Shown: one piece after another, positions 29,011 through 39,651 of the stretch
How the letters are laid out: the number at the start of each line of letters is the position of its first letter
How positions within the stretch are numbered: the first letter of the stretch is position 1
Translations under genes and position numbers: made by a program
Notes under the pieces: generated by a model
The model's input: the letters and a program-made list of their open reading frames with translations, nothing else
Told to the model about the DNA's origin: nothing
Databases searched by the model: none
DNA from: Nitrosopumilaceae archaeon
GTDB taxonomy: Archaea > Thermoproteota > Nitrososphaeria > Nitrososphaerales > Nitrosopumilaceae
NCBI GenBank assembly: GCA_965208905.1
Contig: OZ242365.1
Span: 160,001-224,000 of the forward strand
Reading direction: 5' to 3'
DNA: 64,000 nt

Positions 29011-29156
29011 CTCAAGCAGGAATACGAATATCTCCTTGGTGTATAATTAGATGAACCACATGTGGCGTATGGGAACAAATAGTAGGGCTTGATTGTGTGC
29101 GACTCATGAGTGGTCTTGGATCGTTTAAATTAAAGCATACAGCGGATAATAATTGT

Positions 29157-29300
29157 GGGGTCGTAGCCTAGCCTGGTAGGGCGACAGTGCAAAGTCACCG
29201 CTAAGGGCTCCAGAGGTGAACTAAGCTACTGATGAAAGGATGATGTAAGTTTGGAGCTGTAGTGACCCGTAGGTCGCCGGTTCGATTCCGGTCGGCCCCA
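29157..29300 (+). tRNA. tRNA-Trp(CCA) with two introns (about 29186-29204 non-canonical; 29214-29264 canonical 37/38)
   Basis: Removing both introns gives GGGGTCG...ACGGG-CTCCAGA-CCCGT...GCCGG-TTCGATT-CCGGT-CGGCCCC-A cloverleaf. Confidence 0.9.
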
Positions 29301-29302
29301 CA

Positions 29303-31576
29303 TCAAACATTAAGTGTATTTAGTGCCGAGCCGGCCCGGAACCACTCTAGTTGAGACTGACTATACGAATGATTCAAAGATATTGTGTCCTCATCGCCAG
29401 ATGAGTGATGCAATACGCACGATACAGGATTGCCCGGTGAGATATCCAAGAGTCCAGTTATAGATATGTGATCATCCTCAAGCATCTTATCATAATCAGA
29501 TTTATCGGCAAATGTAAGGGCTAGTACGCCTTGTTTCTTCAGATTTGTCTCATGTATGCGCGCAAAACTACGTGCAATAACTGCAACACATCCCAGATAG
29601 CGCGGTGTCATGGCAGCATGCTCACGACTGCTACCCTCACCATAATTTTCATCGCCAACTATAATCCACCGTAACCCTGCTTTTTGATACTCCCGGGCAA
29701 TGGTAGAAAAGTCACCCACATCATCAGTAAGAAGATTTTTGCCAGTACCCACCTCACCAGTGTAATCGTTTACTGCACCCAACAGCATGTTATCACTGAG
29801 ATTGTCAAGATGTCCCCGAAATGACAACCAAAGGCCTGCCGGAGATATATGGTCTGTGGTACACTTTCCCCGAGCCTTCACCAGCAGACGTAGATTGGCC
29901 ATATCTTTGCCATCCCACGCCTCAAATGGTTGGATTCGTTGGAGCCTCTTACTGGCAGGGTCTATTATTACATCTACATTGATACCATCTTTTGGAGGCG
30001 GCACATAGACGCCGGTAGGAGTTTCAAAACCACCTTCTGGAACTTCAGGGGCGACAGGGGGCGGTTCCAACATAAAACTGGTACCGTCTGGCGACTCTAA
30101 TGTATCCTGTAGAGGATTGAATGATAGACGTCCACCCAATGCCATGGCAATTACTATCTCAGGACTCCCTATGAAGTTGAGCGTGTTTCTACGGCCATCG
30201 TTTCGACCTGGAAAGTTGCGGTTGAACGATGTGATTATAGAGTTTGTCTCGTCTTGTTTTAGTTCAGGTCGACTCCATTGGCCAATACAAGGACCGCACG
30301 CATTGGCCAATACTGTGGCACCTATATCCATTAAAGATTGCATTTGACCATCACGTTGAATTGTGGATCGTATCTGTTCAGAACCTGGCGTTACCAATAA
30401 TGGTACTTTAGATATCACTCCCCGAGCATGAGCCTGTCTAGCTATGCTAGCAGCCCGCGACATATCTTCATATGAAGAGTTGGTACAACTACCCACCAAC
30501 GCAACAGATATGACATCAGTATACTCGCCTTGCACAACATCATCAGATAGTAAAGATATTGGTCGTGTAAGGTCGGGGGTGTGAGGACCTGCTATGTGTG
30601 GTTCAAGTTCTGATAGGTCAATGTATATTATTTCAGAGTAGTATGCAGATGGATCACTCTCCACCTCAGCATCGGGTACTAGAATATCACGGTTTTGGTT
30701 TGCCAGATTTGCAATCTCTGCGCGGTTTGTGGACTTTAGATAAGTCTCCATTCTAGCATCATATGGAAATATTGAGCATGTAGCTCCCATCTCAGCACCC
30801 ATATTTGTTATGGTTGCCTTTCCGGTGCAACTTATACTAGAGACGCCAGGTCCAAAGTACTCCACTATGGCGTTAGTTCCCCCAGAGACACTTAGGTTAT
30901 CCAATACCTTTAGTATTACATCTTTTGGAGATGCCCAGGATTGCAGCTTACCTGTCAGGTATACACCGATTCTGCGAGGATACAGCACCTCCCATGGAAG
31001 GCCAGCCATCACTTCGGCGGCATCAATACCACCCACACCCACTGCAATCATTCCCAACCCGCCGGCGTTAGGCGTATGAGAGTCAGTTCCAATCATAAGA
31101 CCGCCAGGAAATGCATAATTTTCTAGTACCACTTGATGTATGATTCCAGCTCCCGGCTTCCAAAAGCCACATCCGTATCGGGCAGCTGCAGACTTTAGAA
31201 ACTCAAAGACCTCGTTGTTCTCGTTTAATGATATCTTCATATCCGAATCACTCTCTGTTCGGGCACGAATCAAGTGATCACAGTGAACCGTTACAGGTAG
31301 TGCCACGCAGTCTAGGCCCGCCTGCATGAACTGAAGCATCACCATTTGTCCGGTGACATCCTGCAAGGCCACACGGTCTGGCTTCAAATGTACATAGTTA
31401 TGTTTTCCATCCAGACTTGAGTTAGGGACACTTATCATGTGGCCTGCAAGTATCTTCTCTGTAAGTGTTAGAGGCCGCTTTACAGTATCTCGGTATAACT
31501 CTGCGTTCTTGTGTATTCTATCATATGCTGCGCAGACCATCTCTGTAGTACTGGCAATCTCCATGACTGCCGGCAT
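29303..31576 (-). CDS. acnA: Aconitate hydratase
   Basis: DRVALQD, HCDHLI, DSHTPNAGG, GSCTNSS, NACGPCIG, TTDHISPAG, GSSREHAA. Confidence 0.95.
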   Translation of the reverse strand: MPAVMEIASTTEMVCAAYDRIHKNAELYRDTVKRPLTLTEKILAGHMISVPNSSLDGKHNYVHLKPDRVALQDVTGQMVMLQFMQAGLDCVALPVTVHCDHLIRARTESDSDMKISLNENNEVFEFLKSAAARYGCGFWKPGAGIIHQVVLENYAFPGGLMIGTDSHTPNAGGLGMIAVGVGGIDAAEVMAGLPWEVLYPRRIGVYLTGKLQSWASPKDVILKVLDNLSVSGGTNAIVEYFGPGVSSISCTGKATITNMGAEMGATCSIFPYDARMETYLKSTNRAEIANLANQNRDILVPDAEVESDPSAYYSEIIYIDLSELEPHIAGPHTPDLTRPISLLSDDVVQGEYTDVISVALVGSCTNSSYEDMSRAASIARQAHARGVISKVPLLVTPGSEQIRSTIQRDGQMQSLMDIGATVLANACGPCIGQWSRPELKQDETNSIITSFNRNFPGRNDGRRNTLNFIGSPEIVIAMALGGRLSFNPLQDTLESPDGTSFMLEPPPVAPEVPEGGFETPTGVYVPPPKDGINVDVIIDPASKRLQRIQPFEAWDGKDMANLRLLVKARGKCTTDHISPAGLWLSFRGHLDNLSDNMLLGAVNDYTGEVGTGKNLLTDDVGDFSTIAREYQKAGLRWIIVGDENYGEGSSREHAAMTPRYLGCVAVIARSFARIHETNLKKQGVLALTFADKSDYDKMLEDDHISITGLLDISPGNPVSCVLHHSSGDEDTISLNHSYSQSQLEWFRAGSALNTLNV

Positions 31577-32053
31577 CTCTAACCAAATTTAACACTTGAC
31601 ATTTTAGGGTTCGGTCCCATAAGATTGGGTGCGAATAAACAAAATTATGTTAATGATCTTAAATATCAGTAATAATTATTGCAGATACAAGGTAAGACAA
31701 TACAAAAATCATAAGGGACGCACAGACAAAAGTGATCAAATAGATGAAAACTGATGGCATGTGGCTTCCAAAAGTCAGCCAAAATGTCGCAAGATAAAAT
31801 GATACTGATAACATCCTATGAGCTGCGCAGCATTACACATGAGTGACTCTCAATGGGATAATACATGTACAAGTTTGTATACTATCGACTTTTGTATGAT
31901 GTTCTGGACAACTATGGTATAGAAATTTTGGAGTTACTGGGCATCGGGCTAGGCCATGACATATACAGGTAACTGGGTGTCGGAACGTATGCTTTGTGGT
32001 TTAGGCGCACAACGCCCAACAGTCATATAGAGAACATATCTTATATTATAGAC

Positions 32054-32686
32054 ATGGTTAACAAAGGGTTTCCAACTTTTGGTACCACGCAAGATGGAGT
32101 ACATGTTTCTACACTAAAAAACTACAATCTTCCAGATTTCATACTAAAGATGGTTGCTGCCGAGTGTGATTCGGATCTATTGGAGAAGGGGCGTATGGAT
32201 GACAGGCTTCAGAGTATGAATGAACAAGCCCTCAAGATGTTATACAAGATATTTGTGGGTTGCGAGATAGATGCCGAGGGGAGATTTGCCCAGTACCGCT
32301 TCTTTGCGTATGTATCTAGTGCATTTCATAAATGTGAAGTATTAGTAAATGAATCCATTCCTGGTGGATCAGGAAAAAATCACAAGTTTCATGTTGCCGT
32401 AAAGAACAAAGGCATGTACATCGCAGTAGCAGACAACAAGGCTACAGGTTACCCAGTCTCCAAAAAAGAGATCACTAGATTCTATGAGGCAGTAGGCGAC
32501 ATAAAACACGGTGAGCATGGCACGATGATATCCGAGGCCATATACGGCTCATCGGTAGGGATAAAACAAGAGAGTATAGAAGAGCTGCGCCACCTCAGCA
32601 GTCAACGACCCTCTGATGAGGAGAATAGAATAGACTTTAGGGTTGCCAACTTTGAGAATAACATATACTCCATCACCAAGTGTTAG
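32054..32686 (+). CDS. Hypothetical protein (possible restriction-endonuclease-like C-terminal fold)
   Basis: Long ORF; IPGGSGKNHKFHVAV...AVADNK resembles a degenerate PD-(D/E)XK pattern. Confidence 0.65.
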   Translation: MVNKGFPTFGTTQDGVHVSTLKNYNLPDFILKMVAAECDSDLLEKGRMDDRLQSMNEQALKMLYKIFVGCEIDAEGRFAQYRFFAYVSSAFHKCEVLVNESIPGGSGKNHKFHVAVKNKGMYIAVADNKATGYPVSKKEITRFYEAVGDIKHGEHGTMISEAIYGSSVGIKQESIEELRHLSSQRPSDEENRIDFRVANFENNIYSITKC

Positions 32687-33246
32687 AGGATACTAGAGGT
32701 ATCCATAGTGAGAAACCTAGGGTTTGACTTTACCTGTCTGTAATCTTCATCATATCCTACAAACGGCAGATCGGCAAAGAGGTGTTCTGTCCACACATCA
32801 TGAACTATGGGTATGAACTTTCGTACACCTCTCTGTCGAAGTAGTTCATGGGTCAGTATATGAGAGACGACTGGACAGTTTGTTTGGGCCATAAAGGGTA
32901 TGTCATCACCCCGAGTAGGTCGCTGCCACCACACCATACCAAAGTTTTCTGCATGATATCCTTCGCATGTGCAGTCAGTCCATAATGGTCTAAAGTACGT
33001 TAGGTAAAAGTGGTATATGTCATTGCCGCGTTGTTCATGATCTTGTAGTAGTAAGTGTGTGTCGGCCCGTTGCAACAAGCCCCTAGGTGCGCTTACCATA
33101 ATGTCCGAATACACATCAAACTGTACATCAAATACCTTATGAGTCCAAAAGCCAAAGAATGCTGCCATCTCTTTTATATACTCAAACTCAATGGTACGTG
33201 ATTTTAAGTCCTCTTGCTTTATAAGAAAAATAAAATGGAGATTCAA
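32683..33246 (-). CDS. Hypothetical protein, zincin-like
   Basis: ORF with WTDCTCEGY and THELL motifs, co-oriented with the Lrp gene. Confidence 0.65.
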   Translation of the reverse strand: MNLHFIFLIKQEDLKSRTIEFEYIKEMAAFFGFWTHKVFDVQFDVYSDIMVSAPRGLLQRADTHLLLQDHEQRGNDIYHFYLTYFRPLWTDCTCEGYHAENFGMVWWQRPTRGDDIPFMAQTNCPVVSHILTHELLRQRGVRKFIPIVHDVWTEHLFADLPFVGYDEDYRQVKSNPRFLTMDTSSIL

Positions 33247-33248
33247 GA

Positions 33249-33488
33249 TCAGTTCTGACCTTCTATGCCCATCAGGGTAAGGGTAGACCGAATCTTCTCA
33301 ATCTTTCTTATCTTCCATGTGATCGTCTCCCGTAGCTTCTCTATGGTGTCAGACTCTATCTTGGCTAGTATATCATACGCTCCAAAGGTACCATGAACCT
33401 CTTTGAGGCCATCTATTCCACGAAGTTGTTGTATGATTGACTGTTCAGAACCCAATTCACAATTTATTAAAACAAACGCCGTTGCCAT
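33249..33488 (-). CDS. Lrp/AsnC ligand-binding domain protein
   Basis: AFVLINCELG...GTFGAYDILAKIE...IRSTLTL. Confidence 0.9.
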   Translation of the reverse strand: MATAFVLINCELGSEQSIIQQLRGIDGLKEVHGTFGAYDILAKIESDTIEKLRETITWKIRKIEKIRSTLTLMGIEGQN

Positions 33489-33562
33489 TATAGTATGTCA
33501 TATAGCGGCATATATCAACAAAACGACATTATATTCTAGTGTCGACATTATTACATAAATTA

Positions 33563-33979
33563 CTATTTTGATAATGAAATTATCTTGTCCCAAATGTGGG
33601 ATGGGACTGGCACTACTGAGAGTCTACCTATCTTGAGCATCTGCCAGTCTTCAAACTCTGGTTGTTGTTTCATCTGCTCTAAGGTTACCGGTTTTTTGAA
33701 TATATGATCAAACTCTACATCTACGACTACAAATCGAGGGTTGGTCTCTTCGGGGTTAGAATATGGTTCAGATATCACCCTCATGATGCCCACAGCCTGC
33801 CGTTCCTTGCCAGTATGATAGTATATTACCAGATCATCAGGTTGCATCATGCGTATATGCTTTAATGCCAGATTGTTGTGAACGCCATCCCAAACCGTCT
33901 TGTTATCTCTTTGTAGTTGTGTTATAGGGTATCCTCTAGGGCCAGCTGGTTCTTGTTTTGCCAACCAATATGATACCAT
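33563..33979 (-). CDS. EVE domain protein
   Basis: YWLAKQEP, WDGVHN..A, YYHTG, GRLSVVPV. Confidence 0.92.
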   Translation of the reverse strand: MVSYWLAKQEPAGPRGYPITQLQRDNKTVWDGVHNNLALKHIRMMQPDDLVIYYHTGKERQAVGIMRVISEPYSNPEETNPRFVVVDVEFDHIFKKPVTLEQMKQQPEFEDWQMLKIGRLSVVPVPSHIWDKIISLSK

Positions 33980-34305
33980 AACATATCATGACAGACAACG
34001 TCGAATAAAGGTTATGCGTCGCGAGTGGCGTTTCATAATTTGTGACCTAACGCAATCTGGATAGTCTGGCCGCCATGCAGATCCCAGACCGCACGGCATA
34101 AATCATGAGGGATGTCTCGCTGCTGTGTCTCAGGTGGCAGTATACTCAATAGTCCGTTCGTCTATTCATTGCAGAGTATGGGGGATCAGCGATCAAAAAA
34201 TCTATCGGGTGGGTGTCAATGGGATCAGGATCAAATTACGCAACAACCCCCCTCTTATCGTAATGCTTATAACAGCTGCATGTAACACTATTTTCAAGGG
34301 ATAAC

Positions 34306-34875
34306 ATGATCAACCAAAAGATAATTGTATTAGGCCTGAGTGTAGTGCTGGTAGCCGGTACATTGGGCTTTAATTGGGTAGAGACACTCTTCCCATCTGC
34401 AGAAGCCCACGGTGTCCAAGCACAGCTTCAGAGCCGTTTTATTAGAATAGAAGGTGAGACATTCAATCGACAGTCTCTACAGACCGGCGAAATATTAACA
34501 CTGCAAGGTGAGCTTGTCAGTCTGGTAGAGAGAGATCTGCGTGGTTGGATATCAATATTCTCAGAATCTACTAATGCAGGAAACAGATGGGAGATAATGG
34601 CTAGAGATCCACCTGGTAATGTCTTTGATATTCCAGGAAATAGTGTGACAGCATACTCAATCTCAGCAAGAGCACTGGAAGCAGGTGTGTATCACGTCCA
34701 CACGCAACTCAATGTAGCGACCGTAGGCCCAGGTCTTGGTCCAGGACAGACAGTAGTTGTGGAAGGTGAACCAATAATCAAACCAATTCCCTATACCAAC
34801 ATCGCATATCAATCAATACTAATCGGTGTAGGATACGTAATCACGTTTGCAACCCGGCCCTGGCAAGTCATCTGA
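34306..34875 (+). CDS. amoB: Ammonia monooxygenase subunit B
   Basis: AEAHGVQAQLQSRF, NAGNRWE, YHVHTQLN, TFATRPWQVI. Confidence 0.97.
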   Translation: MINQKIIVLGLSVVLVAGTLGFNWVETLFPSAEAHGVQAQLQSRFIRIEGETFNRQSLQTGEILTLQGELVSLVERDLRGWISIFSESTNAGNRWEIMARDPPGNVFDIPGNSVTAYSISARALEAGVYHVHTQLNVATVGPGLGPGQTVVVEGEPIIKPIPYTNIAYQSILIGVGYVITFATRPWQVI

Positions 34876-34945
34876 TCGCTTTTTAATTTTATTAAACTCA
34901 TCCTTCGGGATATTTTTTTACTAGGTACTTGCAATATTATGTATA

Positions 34946-35257
34946 ATGCTATACTTCGAGATTACAAAGTTGGATATATTTCAGAGTTACTTCTTTGGTA
35001 GCACAAAATTTCGTGGAGACTCTTACAAGGTAAACATTCAAGCAGAGAGGCGGGGCAAAGTACTCAAGCTCCCATTCGACATAGTTCCAAAAAAGAAGAA
35101 TGTCATAGTACGGTTAAGCGGTCCAGGTGACATATTTGTGGAAGACTATCTACCATACAAGGGAGAGTCCGAATGGCTAGAGATAGACTCTGACGCAATA
35201 ACCTATTTTGTAGCAGATCATCAGGATAGGTTTGACTCTATTGAGATAATGGATTAA
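34946..35257 (+). CDS. Hypothetical protein downstream of amoB
   Basis: Clean ORF with protein-like composition. Confidence 0.75.
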   Translation: MLYFEITKLDIFQSYFFGSTKFRGDSYKVNIQAERRGKVLKLPFDIVPKKKNVIVRLSGPGDIFVEDYLPYKGESEWLEIDSDAITYFVADHQDRFDSIEIMD

Positions 35258-35373
35258 GATTCCAGAAATATACGTGTGGCTTCAAATAGTCTAGCAACTC
35301 TCGGTACCACATCATGCCATATAGCATATCTAAGGGGGCAACCCAAGACGGAATAATTTTTTAATGATGTGTT

Positions 35374-35925
35374 ATGTATAACAATATGAAATGGCCAGGC
35401 ACAGCTGATCCATACAAGCGACAAAAGACCATACGCTTTCTCATAATTACAGCAATAATAGGAGTATCGGTAGCAGCAGCCAGCGCCGTCATACAATTGG
35501 TTATAAACGAGGACAATCCTCTTAAGGCTTGCATTAATGATAGAACCACACCTTACAGGGTAACAGCCACCTTAGAGTTGTGGGTGGACGGTAACCAGGC
35601 CGAGATTCCAGCAAATGTTGGATTTACAGAGGGAGAGGTCGGGTCCTGTCAGAGAACAATGTACACATTGTCTGATGATGGAACCATCTACGCCGAATGG
35701 GAAGAATCCTATCCGTTTGAGATCGGACACTTTTTGTGGATGTGGGAGTTTCCGTTACGGGACATGGTACAATCCGAGTCAGTCATATATGTAAACGGTG
35801 AGAGATCTGATCTTTTCATAAATGCGCCATTCCAGAACGGCTATCATTACAAGGCCGAATTTGTATCAAAGGAGTACGACGATAGTCAAGATATGGACTT
35901 TCTACCACCATCACGTGATGAATAG
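35374..35925 (+). CDS. Membrane-anchored hypothetical protein
   Basis: N-terminal TM helix; LELWVDG...IPANVG...C...YT. Confidence 0.75.
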   Translation: MYNNMKWPGTADPYKRQKTIRFLIITAIIGVSVAAASAVIQLVINEDNPLKACINDRTTPYRVTATLELWVDGNQAEIPANVGFTEGEVGSCQRTMYTLSDDGTIYAEWEESYPFEIGHFLWMWEFPLRDMVQSESVIYVNGERSDLFINAPFQNGYHYKAEFVSKEYDDSQDMDFLPPSRDE

Positions 35926-36225
35926 TTAGCAGGCTTGTCTGCCCCATCATATGATTCCCAGAAGTTGTATTGCGCTTGGCGCTCTAGGGAGACCAACGAT
36001 ACTCCAAATCTAATACACCAAAGTTCCAGAGACAGAATTGGGCCGCAAGCTATGACTTTGTAGTAGGGCATAGTGCTTTATGCCACCACACAAGTATCAT
36101 TGTATCGACTGCCGCAGTTGGTGTTTTATCATAGATGTGTTGTTACAAATATTGTCTAGAAAAATCTGATGGTAAAGATGGGGCGACTCACGCCCATACC
36201 ATGTAAAAAGAATGAAAAAATGGTG

Positions 36226-36510
36226 TTACCAATATTTACCGTTGTCTGGAATTAGACCGATACCTTCTCTTTCGAAATGCCTGTCCAATTCGTCAACCCA
36301 TCTCTCACGATTGTCCTTATAGGCCCATCCGTGAACACGCAACCAGAATGCAATTATTCCTAGCAGGAATACTGTAAACATGATGGTTCCAAAGATGTAT
36401 ATCATTACATCGTAGAACAATGGATCGTAATTCGGTCCCAGTTGTCCTGTTATGGCCGGTAGAATGTTTACCAGTGCCCCAATGATTGGTATCATGTTAC
36501 TATTCACCAT
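36226..36510 (-). CDS. Small membrane hypothetical protein
   Basis: One strong TM helix, TATA-like TTTATATAA just upstream on the minus strand. Confidence 0.7.
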   Translation of the reverse strand: MVNSNMIPIIGALVNILPAITGQLGPNYDPLFYDVMIYIFGTIMFTVFLLGIIAFWLRVHGWAYKDNRERWVDELDRHFEREGIGLIPDNGKYW

Positions 36511-36799
36511 ATTCTAAGTTATATAAATTTCGGTTGGCGGGCTCTGGCAAGTTAACGGGGCGAGGTAGGGCGGGAAGTGGTAAGATGGTGTGACATTAAC
36601 TCGCTAGCCGCCGACTCCGCCAACCCCCATCAGATCACCCGTCCATCATCCTCCCACACTTGAGATTATTAGATCTTCTCCCGTCCATCATGGCATATGG
36701 CGCGCCTCGGATGTTGCAACGCGCCAGATGCCGCGCATCTCTGCAGTAGGGGTCTTTGGCGTATTCAGAACATATGAAAGCGCCCGGATCCCGTGGGAT

Positions 36800-39247
36800 C
36801 TAATCAGACGTGGAGGGTCCCGACACCAGCGCGTAGAGGCTGTCTGTCGCATGATTATACAGCGCCCTTACCTGGAACGCGCCATCCTTCATCTCATACA
36901 CGTTGTAGTCAGAGCCCACCAGATCGCCGGCCTCATTGAACGTAGTCTGGAACCCTATCGCCGCCGGCAGGAGCCGGGCCACCTCCGGAATGACCGTCGC
37001 TAGCGCCTCCGCGTTCTGGCCTGTGCCGGTCTGTTTTATAGCATCTGCCAGCACATGTAGCGCGTCATACGCGTGGTACGAGTAAAAGTTCGCGCCCGGA
37101 ACGTTTGCGTCAATGTGGCGGCTGAGGGTGTTCGATACGGGCAGTGTGATAACGCTAGAGTATCCGACCTTCTCCATCCATTGTATCTGTTCGGGTGATG
37201 GTCGTACGTCGGATGAAGTGAGGAAGGCGTACCACCGACCCTCCTGCAGGGCAGGATCCGTCCTGGCTATATCCACGATATCCCAGATCTCGGAGAATCC
37301 AAACAGCATCACGGCCGCACCGGACATATCCACGCCGGCGAGCCTGGACTTTAGCGCGTCTACCACCACACGATAGTCCGTCGCGGAATCCTCGGAGGTG
37401 GGGGCGTAGCTTATGCCGGGGTGTACCGTAATGGCGCCGATATGAGAGGCGTGCTCGATTATACGCTCGTTGAGAGATCTGCCCCAGGGATCATCCCGGT
37501 ACACTATGATGAGATCGGTGATGCCATCATGGTGCAAAAGCCTTGTGTAGACGTCCGTCACCTTCTCGTCGCTGACCCGCATTCGAAATATGTTGTCGGT
37601 CAGGGCCAGAGACGGTGACGAGGATGCATAGCCGACGGCCACCATGCCGTTGTCGTTGACAAAGTCCATCACCTGGACCGTCGAGCCGCTGCTCAGCGGT
37701 CCTATCAGGGCCATTATACCGTCCATATGGAATGCCTCTACGTTCTCCAGAGTGGCGGGCGGGTGGGTCCCATCGTCCTTCTTCAATATGTCAAGCCGCC
37801 AGTCCGCCCCTTCCCCTGCCAGATCCAGATTGTAATGGTACGTGGCAAGGCTGATGGCATCGCTTGCGGCTATCCCTAAACCCTCGGCGAGGGATCCGGT
37901 CTCGGACACCAGAACTCCGATCTTTATCTTCTCTGGGTGGGTGAACTCACGTACGCTGTCGGTGGCCGAGTCATACCTATGAGTGATACTAAAGCCGTCG
38001 TCCCCTATCGAGGATATGTCATAGTCCGACCTGGCCAGATCCCCCGCCCCGTTAAGCTCGATGTTTGTCCCCAGGGCGCCCGCGTACTCGAACAGGTTGC
38101 CGGATCCGTGTGTCAGCGGATCCCGTATGTGTTGGTGTAATCCGGGACCGTGCCCAAGACGCGCCGCCTCGGGGATTGCGGCGGCTATGGCATCCCCATG
38201 GGTGGCGTTTCCAGCCATGGTTATGGCATTACCCATGATGAACAGCGCGTCATACGCAGCGTATGCATACGTTCCCGCGTCGTTGACCAGCGAGTCTATG
38301 CGTATGTTGAGGTCGTTCTCGGGATACGCTAGCGAGAGAGCCTGGTAGTCGGTCTCGATCAGGAAGGGCCGGACCGTATCATCCGCATGGAGTTCGGTCA
38401 TCAGGTGATCGGGGCCATACCACCGGGTATCGTTCATGCCCAGAATGGATGCTTCAGCCACATGCCGTATTATCTCTACAATCTTGCCGGTGTAGTCAAA
38501 GACCACTATTCCCAGCTGGGAATAGTCGTCAACCGGCGGATCGGCGGCAAGTACGGCGCCGAGCTGGGCGGCCACCGCGTATGTATCGCCGGTGTCCGGG
38601 TGGAATTTAATCGTGTCCCGTATGCTGATGCCGTCTGTCATGTCCGCCTCAATCGCCTCATATATCGTATTGTTGACGGAATGCCCTATGGCATCGTCCA
38701 TGAATATCACGACGACCTCTTGGATACCGTCGTCTCGAAGCAGTGCGTGCTCGGCGCGGGCGTATGTGGTGGCATCAGATATGGTCCTGAATATCCGGTC
38801 GCCTGGTATTGACAGGTCTGATGCGCCCGAGGCGTAGCTTATGGCCACCATCCCGTTGGCGGCCACATAGTCCTGTATCCCCCTCAAGTTTGAGCTCGTG
38901 GCCGGGCCCAGAAATGCCTTGATTCCCATGCCGTCAAACTCCTCGACTAGCGCCAGGGTCTCGGCGAGATCAGATTTTGTGTCCCGCTTCACCACATCAA
39001 GCCTCCAATCCGCACCGCTCTCGTAAAGATACCTGTTGAACTCGGCTAGGGCAAAGTCCACGGCTCCGTTGACCTGGTTGGAGAGCACGGCCGGCACATT
39101 GCCGGTATCTGGCACCAGCAGTCCAATGGTTCTAATCTCTGGGGACATCGGGACATCGGCCGCGGCCGCTACCGTGAAAAGGGAGCCCGCGAGCGCGAGT
39201 ACGAGTATGGGTACATATGAGTGGGGGGAAACGACGGTACCATACAT
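36800..39247 (-). CDS. Secreted protein with two type-1 periplasmic-binding (LIV-BP-like) domains
   Basis: Duplicated IG.L...TG / GP..S / YAS....L / RIFR / YAYAAYDAL / NGAGDL modules; GC-rich. Confidence 0.88.
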   Translation of the reverse strand: MYGTVVSPHSYVPILVLALAGSLFTVAAAADVPMSPEIRTIGLLVPDTGNVPAVLSNQVNGAVDFALAEFNRYLYESGADWRLDVVKRDTKSDLAETLALVEEFDGMGIKAFLGPATSSNLRGIQDYVAANGMVAISYASGASDLSIPGDRIFRTISDATTYARAEHALLRDDGIQEVVVIFMDDAIGHSVNNTIYEAIEADMTDGISIRDTIKFHPDTGDTYAVAAQLGAVLAADPPVDDYSQLGIVVFDYTGKIVEIIRHVAEASILGMNDTRWYGPDHLMTELHADDTVRPFLIETDYQALSLAYPENDLNIRIDSLVNDAGTYAYAAYDALFIMGNAITMAGNATHGDAIAAAIPEAARLGHGPGLHQHIRDPLTHGSGNLFEYAGALGTNIELNGAGDLARSDYDISSIGDDGFSITHRYDSATDSVREFTHPEKIKIGVLVSETGSLAEGLGIAASDAISLATYHYNLDLAGEGADWRLDILKKDDGTHPPATLENVEAFHMDGIMALIGPLSSGSTVQVMDFVNDNGMVAVGYASSSPSLALTDNIFRMRVSDEKVTDVYTRLLHHDGITDLIIVYRDDPWGRSLNERIIEHASHIGAITVHPGISYAPTSEDSATDYRVVVDALKSRLAGVDMSGAAVMLFGFSEIWDIVDIARTDPALQEGRWYAFLTSSDVRPSPEQIQWMEKVGYSSVITLPVSNTLSRHIDANVPGANFYSYHAYDALHVLADAIKQTGTGQNAEALATVIPEVARLLPAAIGFQTTFNEAGDLVGSDYNVYEMKDGAFQVRALYNHATDSLYALVSGPSTSD

Positions 39248-39651
39248 GGGTACTGGAGACCAAAGATGCAATATAACAGTATATTGGCGGCGCATTCTTG
39301 TATGTCAGGTGTTGGTGTCTGCGTCTCTGGTATTGCGCGGCCGGATGACCCAGTGTTTGTACCACTTGAGACCCCAGTTCTAGACATGTGCAGAGTCTTT
39401 GCCGCTTTAGACACATTCTTTCCGTCGACCTAGATGAGTATGATTAGTTGTAGATGTTTGGCGGGATCGGCATTCTTTTCTTGTATATATTCATCAAGTA
39501 TTCTTCTCTAATTCTGTTGTTAACATCTGATAATTGGTTAAGATCGAGCCCTAAAGCTTTTTCTAAAAAATATTAATATTAAGAGTTATCACAAATATCA
39601 AAGATGTCTACGTACTTTTGCGATGAGGCAAAGATGTGGTGGCCGTGCCGC

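Noticed and set aside
34234-34250. AATTACGCAACAACCCC resembling the tnpB element right TIR
   Set aside because: Only 9 contiguous bases match and no partner repeat was found
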